From IMG/VR virus record IMGVR_UViG_2541047916_000004: a stretch of 31,226 bases of DNA. One strand, 5' to 3'. The first letter of the stretch is position 1. Each line of letters starts with the position of its first letter. Below, piece by piece: positions 1 through 8,204 of the stretch. Position numbers and translations under genes: made by a program. Under the pieces are notes generated by a model, which was not told where the DNA came from, searched no databases, and was given only the letters and a program-made list of their open reading frames with translations. This stretch comes from a virus (taxonomy: Duplodnaviria > Heunggongvirae > Uroviricota > Caudoviricetes).

Positions 1-1131
1 TCAAATGACCAGTTTTTTCCATTCCTTACCGCGTGCGTCGTTGTAAATATCGGTCATTTTTTGATTCGAATGGCCTAGCAAAATTTTGGTATCAACCCCC
101 TGCTCTCTGAACAATCGCTCTGATAAAGATCTCTGCTCATGGAAAGAGGGAGGGGTGCCATTAGCACGCCAGTTGTAATCCACAGAATCCCGGGCTTTTT
201 TAAATGCAACGGTTAATGTTGCTGGCTTAACCATCCCGCCGCGCTTAGCTGTCCCTTTCGCGTGATGGTGGTGCAATAGCCACGGACTAAGAATGCAATC
301 GCGGCAGGATGACACCACATCATCCAGGGTGAGATTTAATTTATCGCAACGCAGAGCCAGAGGGATGGCAATCCGGGTTCCTGTTTTTTGCTGTTCGACA
401 TGAAGATAACCATCCCGGATATCCGAAAATTGCATTTTGCAAATATCTGAAAGGCGCTGGCCTGTCATCAGTGCCAGCAGCATACCGCGCTGTAAAAAGT
501 AACCATCCTTTTCCGCTGCGTTATAAATCATCATCCACTCATCAAAAGTCAGTCGCTGTCTTGATATCCGCACCTGCGGTTTTTTTGCCGATTCTGCAGG
601 GTTAAAGCCTGGCGGGACATCGCCCGTTTGCTGAGCTTCCCGGAAAACATCGATCAGTACTTTCCTGAAAATTTGTCCCATTCTGTTATGTCCTCTGGCC
701 TTGTACTCTTCCAGTACTGATACCACATCTTTTACGGTTATGGCATCTAACGGTCTGGTGCCAAAACGTTCATCAAATACCCTGAGAGGAGCTGCTTTCT
801 GTTTCAGCGTGTTGAGTTTGATCTCGCCGTTTTCATATCTTTCCTGTTGAATTTTTCTGTAATTATTCAGAAAAATGGTAACGGTTGATGAACCGCCGGT
901 ATCACTAATAATTTTCTCCTGCAGACTGAGCATTTGTTCCATTTGCTGCCGGGCAAGACGGCTGTTCGCTTCTGCTGCAATAGTTTCTGCCAGTTTCTGG
1001 TCAATACTGCCGAGACCGTGATTTTTGCCTGTTATGGGATGCCTGTAACGCCAGTAAACTTTGTTATTTCTTTTGTCAAAATACGGAGATAATCCCGGAA
1101 CATCGGTTTTATATTTTCGCGGGCGCGCCAT
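1..1131 (-). CDS. int: Phage integrase, tyrosine recombinase family
   Basis: 376-aa ORF ending ...LLGHSNQKMTDIYNDARGKEW, typical of the C-terminal catalytic region of lambdoid integrases; start overlaps the upstream small xis-like ORF; stop codon sits at the window edge. Confidence 0.9.
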   Translation of the reverse strand: MARPRKYKTDVPGLSPYFDKRNNKVYWRYRHPITGKNHGLGSIDQKLAETIAAEANSRLARQQMEQMLSLQEKIISDTGGSSTVTIFLNNYRKIQQERYENGEIKLNTLKQKAAPLRVFDERFGTRPLDAITVKDVVSVLEEYKARGHNRMGQIFRKVLIDVFREAQQTGDVPPGFNPAESAKKPQVRISRQRLTFDEWMMIYNAAEKDGYFLQRGMLLALMTGQRLSDICKMQFSDIRDGYLHVEQQKTGTRIAIPLALRCDKLNLTLDDVVSSCRDCILSPWLLHHHHAKGTAKRGGMVKPATLTVAFKKARDSVDYNWRANGTPPSFHEQRSLSERLFREQGVDTKILLGHSNQKMTDIYNDARGKEWKKLVI

Positions 1132-1357
1132 CTTCCAGTATCCTCTTCAAAGCAGGGTGATCTGTGGCGATCACCTCCGGCTTGTTTACCATTCCGACAA
1201 AGCGAGCTTGCGGATCCACTCGCCAGCGTCTTCCAACTTTTTTGGGGAGAGGAAATATCATTCCGGCTTTAGCGTATTTACTTAACGTACTCGGAGTAGG
1301 GACCGGTTCACTGAATTCCTCTTTTGCCCACTCAGTGAGCAGAATAAGTCTTGCCAT
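1109..1357 (-). CDS. xis: Excisionase-like DNA-binding protein
   Basis: 82-aa basic ORF directly upstream of and overlapping int by 23 nt, the classic xis-int arrangement; assignment by position and size, not by a recognised motif. Confidence 0.65.
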   Translation of the reverse strand: MARLILLTEWAKEEFSEPVPTPSTLSKYAKAGMIFPLPKKVGRRWRVDPQARFVGMVNKPEVIATDHPALKRILEDGAPAKI

Positions 1358-1421
1358 GGGCGTCGTTCGCTAATCATGGTCGCCGCCACTATAGCTGGTG
1401 GGCAACGACCGGGGTTGAACA

Positions 1422-3893
1422 TTAAAAATCAGCCTGACTCGGGATCAGTTTTTGCCAGATAACTGAAACGTATTTTGCCTGGTAACGGGCGTCATCAAGT
1501 GCATTATGGCGCTCACCTTCGAATGGAATAGCCGTTCTGGCATCGAAGTCTATGGCTTTCCCCAGCTCAACGATTGTGCGTACATCGCGATCGTTGTAGT
1601 AACGCCACGGGCAGGGGATCCCCTGCCGTTCGTATGAACGGCGCAAAATCGTGTTGTCGAAGTTGGCTCCATTTCCCCAAACCTGAACAAAAAATTCACC
1701 GGAGTTTTCGTCGATAAATTCCCGCAATTGTAACAGTGCATCATCTAACGGGATTTCATCGGTCATAATGGCAGATTGCGCTTCGCGTGATTGCTTAAGC
1801 CACCATTTAATGGTGTCCCGATCAATGACTCCGCCAGCAGTTTCCAGATCGATAGTCTTACTAAATTCCGGTCCCATATCTCCGGTTTGCGGATCGAAAA
1901 ATATTGCACCTATTGAGATGATCGGGGCATCAGGATTTTTTCCCATGGTTTCAAGGTCGATCATTAGATGGTCACACGTCCTGCTGGTGGATGTGATTTC
2001 GTGATGACCGTTCACCTTAATTGAGCGATCTGCCGTCTCGCCAGTTTCATTATCGCTATCGTGATGCTGATTGCCGCCAGTGTTCTCCTTGTGTGGATGT
2101 TCAGCGCCTTCCATTTCCTCCGGATCATCTTCCTGAACTTCAACCTGATACTCTTCATCGAATGTTTCCTGGTATGTTGCGTCGCCCATCACCGCGCCAC
2201 AATCAGGGCAGTTGCCGCCGCCGGTCTGACCGCAGGCGGTGCAGACTTTTTCCACTTCCTGTTGCGCCACTGGTTCAGGCTGTTTCGTTTCTGGCTCGTT
2301 TTGTAACGCATTTGGGCTGTTTTGTTCCGCTTTTTGGTAGTTCCGTTCCGATTCATGCTGGTTCTGGTTCACAGAATCGCGGGTCTGGATCCCCTTAACC
2401 CATTTCGGATCATTCGGGTCACTAATCCCTTCAACAAATTCACCACGTGATGCAGCAAGCAACTTATCGGCGTCAGGCTGGCTGATATTGGCTGCCTGCA
2501 TAATTTTGTTTACTTCGTCAGCGGTAACTTTTATCGGCTCTGGTTGTTCTGAATCTTCAGCGGTATCTACATTTTGCGGTAAGCCCGTGTATGTGCCATT
2601 TTTTCGGGCAAAATATTCTTCTTTTGTGATTTCAGTGGCGCCAGCAGCCAGTGCCTTATCCAGACCAGAAAGTTTGTTTGCGCGACCGCATTTTTCTCCG
2701 TCCTTATCTGCGAAGAGGAAATAGAACGGCCCCTCACGCTCTACAGATGGTTCAGCTTCCGGCGCGGTTTCATTTTTTGGGATATCAGATACCTCAGTTT
2801 CCACTGCATCAGTTTGTGTTTCTGATGACTGGAGAACATCAACAGTGCCCAGGTCTGTTTCTTCATTCTCAAACACGCCCTTTGTCGTCAGGTATTCGCA
2901 GATATATTTGTTCAGTGCTATGGGATCTTTGTGAATGTCGATCGGACGCTCACGGACAAGGCCAAAAATAGTTTGGCGGTCGTAGCGAAGGGCATCAGGC
3001 TGTTTGCGCATTGATGCCGAGATACGCTTCCAGTCTTCGCGGTCGTTGTCGATAACTTCATTTTTTGCCCAGCGATGGATGCTGCCGTCAATGTTTCCGG
3101 CATCCACATCACCAGGCCAGAGAGCGTAGGCCAGTTCGTCATCCAGTGTTTTCCATGTCTGCTTGTATTCGCGATGAATGGCAGCAATGACCGGGCTGAT
3201 TTTTCCTGTTGAATTTTCACTGTGCTGTTGATTGGTTCTGGCGCGGGCGAGATCAATAACAGACGTGTATTTTCCGGTTTCCTTACGTTCACCTTCGCGA
3301 CGTTTTTTCCAGATGCGCATCTCTGCCTGAATTTCGGGCCATTTGGCACCAGGCTTACATTTATGCTTAACCCACCCGATGGCATGCAGCTTAAGCTCCG
3401 GATACATGGCGTTAACTTCTGGCATTTTCATCAACGCTTCAACGATATGTCCGTCGAATGTTGCCATGTCTTCCTGCAACAATTCCTGTGCGCTAATAAC
3501 CATATCAACGGTGATGTTTTCACATGTGTCGAACTTAACCATGACAGCGTTCTGTACTTCAGGGGCCAGCTTGTCAAAAGTGACGTTCATCGGATCGGAT
3601 TCAGTCTCAACCGGGACAAAGGAAGCAGACTCCTCATCCCAGCGGTTTTCCTGCATATATTCAGCATCCCAGGAATCGAGGGCAGGGCGGGGTATGCCGG
3701 GTTTATCCTCACAGACAATAAATTTATAAGCGCAGTCCTGAGCTGCAGGGAATTGCTCCAGAAATTGCCAATGAAATTTTGCGCGTGCGCGACGCTCATC
3801 ACCAGCTTCAATGGCAGTGGCCACCGCAACAGCGCTATCTTCTTTTATGGCCTGTTCATCAGGAATAGCAGCGCAAATAAAGACCTTACTCAT
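1422..3893 (-). CDS. Large phage exonuclease with C-terminal DnaQ-like DEDDh 3'-5' exonuclease domain
   Basis: 823-aa ORF; C-terminal 200 aa carry Exo I (MIDLETMG), Exo II (VWGNGANFDNT) and Exo III (HNALDDARYQ) motifs; acidic N-terminal region contains a CTACG...CPDCG zinc-ribbon-like motif. Confidence 0.75.
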   Translation of the reverse strand: MSKVFICAAIPDEQAIKEDSAVAVATAIEAGDERRARAKFHWQFLEQFPAAQDCAYKFIVCEDKPGIPRPALDSWDAEYMQENRWDEESASFVPVETESDPMNVTFDKLAPEVQNAVMVKFDTCENITVDMVISAQELLQEDMATFDGHIVEALMKMPEVNAMYPELKLHAIGWVKHKCKPGAKWPEIQAEMRIWKKRREGERKETGKYTSVIDLARARTNQQHSENSTGKISPVIAAIHREYKQTWKTLDDELAYALWPGDVDAGNIDGSIHRWAKNEVIDNDREDWKRISASMRKQPDALRYDRQTIFGLVRERPIDIHKDPIALNKYICEYLTTKGVFENEETDLGTVDVLQSSETQTDAVETEVSDIPKNETAPEAEPSVEREGPFYFLFADKDGEKCGRANKLSGLDKALAAGATEITKEEYFARKNGTYTGLPQNVDTAEDSEQPEPIKVTADEVNKIMQAANISQPDADKLLAASRGEFVEGISDPNDPKWVKGIQTRDSVNQNQHESERNYQKAEQNSPNALQNEPETKQPEPVAQQEVEKVCTACGQTGGGNCPDCGAVMGDATYQETFDEEYQVEVQEDDPEEMEGAEHPHKENTGGNQHHDSDNETGETADRSIKVNGHHEITSTSRTCDHLMIDLETMGKNPDAPIISIGAIFFDPQTGDMGPEFSKTIDLETAGGVIDRDTIKWWLKQSREAQSAIMTDEIPLDDALLQLREFIDENSGEFFVQVWGNGANFDNTILRRSYERQGIPCPWRYYNDRDVRTIVELGKAIDFDARTAIPFEGERHNALDDARYQAKYVSVIWQKLIPSQADF

Positions 3894-3988
3894 TTTGTTT
3901 TAACCTCATTACAGATTTCAGGGTGAACGAATCCCTGCCATTGCTGGCATTTTTAATCCGTTGGTATGGTGTTAATATGGCTGGAGGG

Positions 3989-4177
3989 TTATCCAGCCGG
4001 TGTTTCGTTATTCAGGTACAGCGATACTTTTTTTAGCGGGAGGCATTCACCAGAAATTTTTTGCTCGTCTCTTGCCTGGAGGCAGGATTCTTTACTTGCA
4101 TAAATTCCGGTAATCACATTCTGTGATTCACCCGTTATAAGAAAAACCGTCATCATCAGTGCAAATGCTGAAGTCAT
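3989..4177 (-). CDS. Hypothetical small protein with N-terminal hydrophobic signal/TM segment
   Basis: 62-aa ORF in an AT-rich stretch; start ATG overlaps stop of the upstream 62-aa ORF (ATGA), suggesting translational coupling; N-terminus MTSAFALMMTVFLITG is hydrophobic. Confidence 0.45.
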   Translation of the reverse strand: MTSAFALMMTVFLITGESQNVITGIYASKESCLQARDEQKISGECLPLKKVSLYLNNETPAG

Positions 4178-4362
4178 TGACGTTCTCCGAAAATACCAAG
4201 TTCAAGAAGAGCAATTCGGGAAAGTATGGAATTATCATTGAGCAGATAAGGCTCATATTTCCTCATATTAATGGCATCTTCAGTAAACTCCCGGTTACTG
4301 AGCAGAACACCAATATCAAAACAACCTTCAGACGTATTAACGTTTGGTAATAACGTTTCCAT
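4174..4362 (-). CDS. Hypothetical small protein
   Basis: 62-aa ORF, AT-rich, coupled by ATGA overlap to the downstream ORF; no recognisable motif. Confidence 0.45.
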   Translation of the reverse strand: METLLPNVNTSEGCFDIGVLLSNREFTEDAINMRKYEPYLLNDNSILSRIALLELGIFGERQ

Positions 4363-4933
4363 TATCGCGTCCTCAACAATGAATTTTGTGATGCAGTGCC
4401 TGGTGCCTCCAGGTGACGTTAACCAGTTAACAATTAACTCCGGGTTAGTTGATGCTCGTTACGCCCGTAAAATACCGCCTTACTGCTTTAACTGTTCCGC
4501 GTGCGCATAGCCGCATTCACCGCATCACAAAATTCACTTTAAAAAGGGCGGCAGAGCAGTCACGGAGTAAAACTGATACCGCCAAATGTCACCAGAAAAT
4601 TGATAACAGAGGGCGTTGTAGCGGGGTTGTCACTTAAGCGTATGGTCAACCTGACAACCCGGTGCATTTTCTGGAGCAATGGAGGAAACCCCAGCCATAC
4701 TTACCGCCGCGCCATTTCGCGGAGTGCCACAACCGGAAGCGCACGGTCGAACTAAATTTAACGACACCGTACAGAGAGACCAATTTCGCCGTGCGCTTTC
4801 GCGTTATGCCCTGACTTTTCAGGGACATATCCTTTCAGTAAGCTGTCAGTGCCGGATGCTCACCCGTGTCCGGCGCACGCACTCCACCTGACCCGTGGAG
4901 AACTCCTTAATTACCAACCCTCAGGAGGGTGAA

Positions 4934-5212
4934 ATGGATAAAAAGCAAATTGAGGCCCTGCAATCTATTATTGAAGAACAAGATGAAGCTATCAGGATTC
5001 TTTCATATCGCACTGATATGATACTAAATATGCTTTCTGCATTAACGGCTGCGCTTGGTGGTACAAAAACAAACGTATACCGCGAAGTTGTTATTCAACA
5101 GATAGATAAATTTGAAAAAACCATACCAGGTATTAATGCTCATCTTGCAGAACAAGAGAAAGACCATGCTCTTATGGCAATTTCTTCAGTAGCTCTCCCG
5201 AAAGTTGAGTAG
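4934..5212 (+). CDS. Hypothetical protein, predicted coiled coil
   Basis: ATG preceded by GGAGGG Shine-Dalgarno 6 nt upstream; 92 aa (MDKKQIEALQSIIEEQDEAIRIL...); AT-rich codon usage distinct from neighbours; opposite orientation to the surrounding leftward operon. Confidence 0.5.
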   Translation: MDKKQIEALQSIIEEQDEAIRILSYRTDMILNMLSALTAALGGTKTNVYREVVIQQIDKFEKTIPGINAHLAEQEKDHALMAISSVALPKVE

Positions 5213-5585
5213 TTTTAATTGTTGTTTTGAAATAATCACTGCTTTCACATTTGAGTGATTTCATGGCAATCCAAATGCGGGCCTCTGTGCCTGCATTTGG
5301 TTCCAGTTGCTGTAGACGTTTTGCGTCTTCCAAAAGTAAGGCGATAATGTGTTTCAGCTTCTCATCATTTGCTTGATTCTTGTTTTCAGGCGAATTCTGT
5401 CCGCCGAATAGGCGCTTCTCTTCATACAGACCTATAAAGGCACGACGCACGTTACCGGATATAGTATCGATGGTTTCCTTTTCTACGGTACTCAGGTCAA
5501 GAGTCGCCAGTTGAGAGCGAACCACATTCGATGCCATTTCCTGGAATGGTACTGGTAAATCTTTAAATTCCATCGTCAACCTCAT
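5172..5585 (-). CDS. Hypothetical protein
   Basis: 137-aa ORF; start overlaps stop of upstream 77-aa ORF by 1 nt (TGATG); 3' end overlaps the convergent + strand ORF by 41 bp. Confidence 0.5.
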   Translation of the reverse strand: MRLTMEFKDLPVPFQEMASNVVRSQLATLDLSTVEKETIDTISGNVRRAFIGLYEEKRLFGGQNSPENKNQANDEKLKHIIALLLEDAKRLQQLEPNAGTEARIWIAMKSLKCESSDYFKTTIKTTQLSGELLKKLP

Positions 5586-5818
5586 CAGTCAGTGTTTCTG
5601 GTTAACCAGCGACGCGCGCCAGCTTCAGTTTTAAACGTTTTGCTTCTGGTATACGTCATCGCGGTGAACGTACCGTCCTGGTTGGGGAACACGCCACATA
5701 CCAGAGATTCGCTGTTGCCAAGATCGATAGTATCCATGCTGACCTCATTTCCCCTTAACGCCGGGGTAGCGGAACAAAAACCTGCTGCATAGTTATTAAA
5801 GTTGAACCCTGCCGTCAT
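5585..5818 (-). CDS. Hypothetical protein
   Basis: 77-aa ORF, first gene leftward of the repressor and its downstream operator-like palindromes. Confidence 0.5.
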   Translation of the reverse strand: MTAGFNFNNYAAGFCSATPALRGNEVSMDTIDLGNSESLVCGVFPNQDGTFTAMTYTRSKTFKTEAGARRWLTRNTD

Positions 5819-5923
5819 GTTCTTACGCCTCGGGCTGGCTACTTAACCCCTGACCACTGCCTGGTAACTCGAAGTATTGCCCTGCATTCTGTGGGGCGGG
5901 GTGGGTTGGTATGAAAAGAAGGA

Positions 5924-5960
5924 TACCCATAGGTATTTAAAAAGTAAATACCCATGGGTA
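5924..5960. promoter_or_regulatory. OL-like operator cluster: two TACC-N4-GGTA palindromes
   Basis: TACCCATAGGTA (5924-5935) and TACCCATGGGTA (5949-5960) downstream of the repressor gene and upstream of the leftward genes; same consensus as the sites in the divergent region at 6443-6493. Confidence 0.45.
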
Positions 5961-6002
5961 AATTTTTGCGGTGTCTTAACTGGTGACTAGTTGTTTGGTG
6001 AG

Positions 6003-6422
6003 CTATGATGCGTTTTGTGCTTTCTTTTTACGGATTTCTTCGTAGATCATATTGTAATACTGTTTTTTCTCTTCAAGAGTTTTTAATAATTTATCCGCTT
6101 CACTTTCTGGCAGTTCGTCTAAGAGATCTAAAAAAATACGTTGTCGTGGCGTTAGAACCCTTGTTTCATAACTGGAGGCTGTGTTCGTTGATGATGAAAC
6201 GATACCATCCATCCATCCCCGGGGTAACCCAAAGGACTCTTCGATAATCTCCACCATATCATCAGCGATCCGTTTTTTTCCCTTTTTCCCCTCTGGGTAC
6301 AACATTCTTGATACATAAGAAGGCTCGCGCCCGATCTTTCTGGCCACGTTAACCGCTTTACCATCGCATTTCTCATCACGAATTTTGATGAGTTGCTGTC
6401 GTCTAAATTCATATTTGTCCAT
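6003..6422 (-). CDS. Putative CI-like prophage repressor (HTH)
   Basis: 139-aa ORF divergent from a Cro-like gene; segment AVNVARKIGREPSYVSRML resembles an HTH; flanked on both sides by palindromic operator-like sites. Confidence 0.6.
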   Translation of the reverse strand: MDKYEFRRQQLIKIRDEKCDGKAVNVARKIGREPSYVSRMLYPEGKKGKKRIADDMVEIIEESFGLPRGWMDGIVSSSTNTASSYETRVLTPRQRIFLDLLDELPESEADKLLKTLEEKKQYYNMIYEEIRKKKAQNAS

Positions 6423-6442
6423 AGGTAAATAATAGATGCGAT

Positions 6443-6497
6443 TACCGCAAGGTAAACAACCTGTGGGTATTGACTTTTGTTTACCTGTGGGTATTCT
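6443..6497. promoter_or_regulatory. OR-like operator/promoter region
   Basis: TACCGCAAGGTA (6443-6454), partial AACCTGTGGGTA (6459-6470) and TACCTGTGGGTA (6482-6493); candidate rightward promoter TTGACT (6470-6475), 16-nt spacer, TATTCT (6492-6497), ahead of the Cro-like gene at 6523. Confidence 0.5.
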
Positions 6498-6522
6498 TTG
6501 CTGTGTTTACTAAGGAGTAGCT

Positions 6523-6804
6523 ATGGAAGAATTAAGAATATTTCTCAATTCTCTTTCGTCAGATGAACAGCGTATGTTTGCATGCGAGTGTGGTACCAGC
6601 ATCGGTTATCTAAGAAAGGCATTGAGTAAAGGTCAAGTGTTAGGGGCATCGTTATGTGTCCTTATTGAGCGAGCCAGTAATGGTGAAGTTACACGTCAGC
6701 AACTAAGGCCTTTTGATTGGATGAATATTTGGCCCGAGCTGGAAGATACCAAAACGTTAACACAACCACTTTCTAGGAGCTTGATTCATGAAAATCAAGC
6801 ATGA
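6523..6804 (+). CDS. Cro-like HTH regulator (YdaS-like)
   Basis: 93-aa ORF divergent from the repressor; MFACECGTSIGYLRKALSKGQ is HTH-like; first gene of the rightward operon; resembles the Rac-type ydaS architecture. Confidence 0.65.
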   Translation: MEELRIFLNSLSSDEQRMFACECGTSIGYLRKALSKGQVLGASLCVLIERASNGEVTRQQLRPFDWMNIWPELEDTKTLTQPLSRSLIHENQA

Positions 6805-7213
6805 ACACATCCGCATGGCGATGAATGCCTGGGCGCGTCCTGATGGCGAAAAAGTTCCAGCAGCTGGAATAACCCAGGCTTATTTTGAGTTGGGTATGAC
6901 GTTCCCGGAACTGTATGACGACAGCCATCCGGAAGCCCTGGCTCGCAATACCCAGAAAATTTTCCGCTGGGTAGAGAAAGACACCCCTGATGCTGTTGAA
7001 AAAATGCAGGCTCTGTTACCGGCGATCGAAAAGGCGATGCCGCCTTTGCTGGTGGCCCGTATGCGCAGCCACAGTTCTGAATATTACCGTGAGATCGTCG
7101 AACGGAGGGATCGGCTGGTGAAGGATGTCGATGATTTTGTTGCGTCAGCGGTTGTTTTGTATGACCAGATGAATCGCGGCGGCCCGGCAGGGAATGCTGT
7201 GGTGATGCACTAA
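6788..7213 (+). CDS. YdaT-like (CII-like) regulator
   Basis: 141-aa ORF overlapping the Cro-like gene by 17 nt; position and size match the ydaS-ydaT pair of Rac-type prophages. Confidence 0.6.
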   Translation: MKIKHEHIRMAMNAWARPDGEKVPAAGITQAYFELGMTFPELYDDSHPEALARNTQKIFRWVEKDTPDAVEKMQALLPAIEKAMPPLLVARMRSHSSEYYREIVERRDRLVKDVDDFVASAVVLYDQMNRGGPAGNAVVMH

Positions 7214-7235
7214 AAGCGCGGTGTTCGGGGGTTTT

Positions 7236-8198
7236 ATGAGCAGCAAGCTTCATGGTCTTGTCTGGGAAGGGTGCGCCTTCACCGGCATGATCTTATCCAG
7301 GGTGGCGGTTATGGCCCGTCTTGCAGACTACAGCAATGACGAGGGCGTGTCATGGCCTGCCATTGAAACTATCCGGCGTCAGATCGGTGCAAGAAGTGAA
7401 TCCACAGTGAAATCGGCTATTGCAGAACTGGCGAAAGAGGGCTGGCTGACGAAGGAAGAGCGTAAGGTCGGTGGGCGTAATGTAAGCAATATCTATCGGC
7501 TTAATGTGGAAAAACTCGAAGCAGCTGCGGCGGCGGCGCGTGAGTCATATAAACCGAAAAGAAAAATTAGCCCGGCAAAAAATGACCCGTTAACAGTTGA
7601 CCCGTCAAATATTGACCCCTCAACGGTTGACCCGTCAAATTTTGATGGATCAACTGTTGATAAAAAACTGCCGATTAGGGGGGCGATGATTGACCCCGAT
7701 CCGTCAGTATTAAAACCTGATCCGTCAGATAAAAGATCTTCTTGTCCGGACGCTTCGCAACCGGACCCGCAGACGGCTGAACAGGATTTTTTAACCCGAC
7801 ACCCTGACGCGGTTGTGTTCAGTGCGAAAAAACGCCAGTGGGGAAGTCAGGAAGATTTGGTGTGCGCACAGTGGATCTGGGGACGAATCGTGAGTCTTTA
7901 CGAGCAGGCGGCCAGCTATGATGGCGAGATCACTAGACCGAAAGAACCCAACTGGACAGCATGGGCCAATGACGTTCGCACAATGCGGATGCTGGATGGC
8001 AGAACTCACAGACAAATTTGTGAAATGTTTGGGCGTCTCCAGCGGGATTCGTTCTGGGTAAAAAACATCATGAGTCCGGCAAAACTCCGGGAAAAATGGG
8101 ATGAACTGGTTATCCGCCTGGGGCGTTCGCCTGCGCAGCGTTGCGTGAATCACATTTCTGAACCGGACACTGAAATACCGCCGGGATTCAGGGGGTGA
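7236..8198 (+). CDS. Replication initiator, lambda O-like (replisome organiser)
   Basis: About 320 aa (ATG 7236; alternative GTG 7221); N-terminal HTH-like segment; gene body contains DNA iterons encoding DPSNIDPSTVDPSNFDGSTVD; followed directly by a DnaC-like loader gene. Confidence 0.7.
   Translation: MSSKLHGLVWEGCAFTGMILSRVAVMARLADYSNDEGVSWPAIETIRRQIGARSESTVKSAIAELAKEGWLTKEERKVGGRNVSNIYRLNVEKLEAAAAAARESYKPKRKISPAKNDPLTVDPSNIDPSTVDPSNFDGSTVDKKLPIRGAMIDPDPSVLKPDPSDKRSSCPDASQPDPQTAEQDFLTRHPDAVVFSAKKRQWGSQEDLVCAQWIWGRIVSLYEQAASYDGEITRPKEPNWTAWANDVRTMRMLDGRTHRQICEMFGRLQRDSFWVKNIMSPAKLREKWDELVIRLGRSPAQRCVNHISEPDTEIPPGFRG
7583..7730. repeat. Iteron array (putative phage replication origin) inside the O-like gene
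   Basis: Direct repeats TGACCCGT / TTGACCCGTCAAAT (7597-7610 and 7627-7640) / TTGACCCCTCAAC / TTGATGGATCAACT, then an A-rich tract and two GATCCGTCAG repeats (7698-7707, 7720-7729). Confidence 0.5.
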
Positions 8199-8204
8199 CG
8201 TGTC

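Noticed and set aside
1550-3829. Multiple 60-234-aa ORFs in both strands within the exonuclease gene
   Set aside because: Nested in or antisense to the 823-aa exonuclease ORF, which has clear DEDDh motifs; no RBS or motif support.
4363-5900. Lambda N-like antiterminator or nut sites in the leftward early region
   Set aside because: No small arginine-rich-motif protein and no recognisable boxA/boxB elements were identified by eye; reported as absent or unrecognised rather than annotated.
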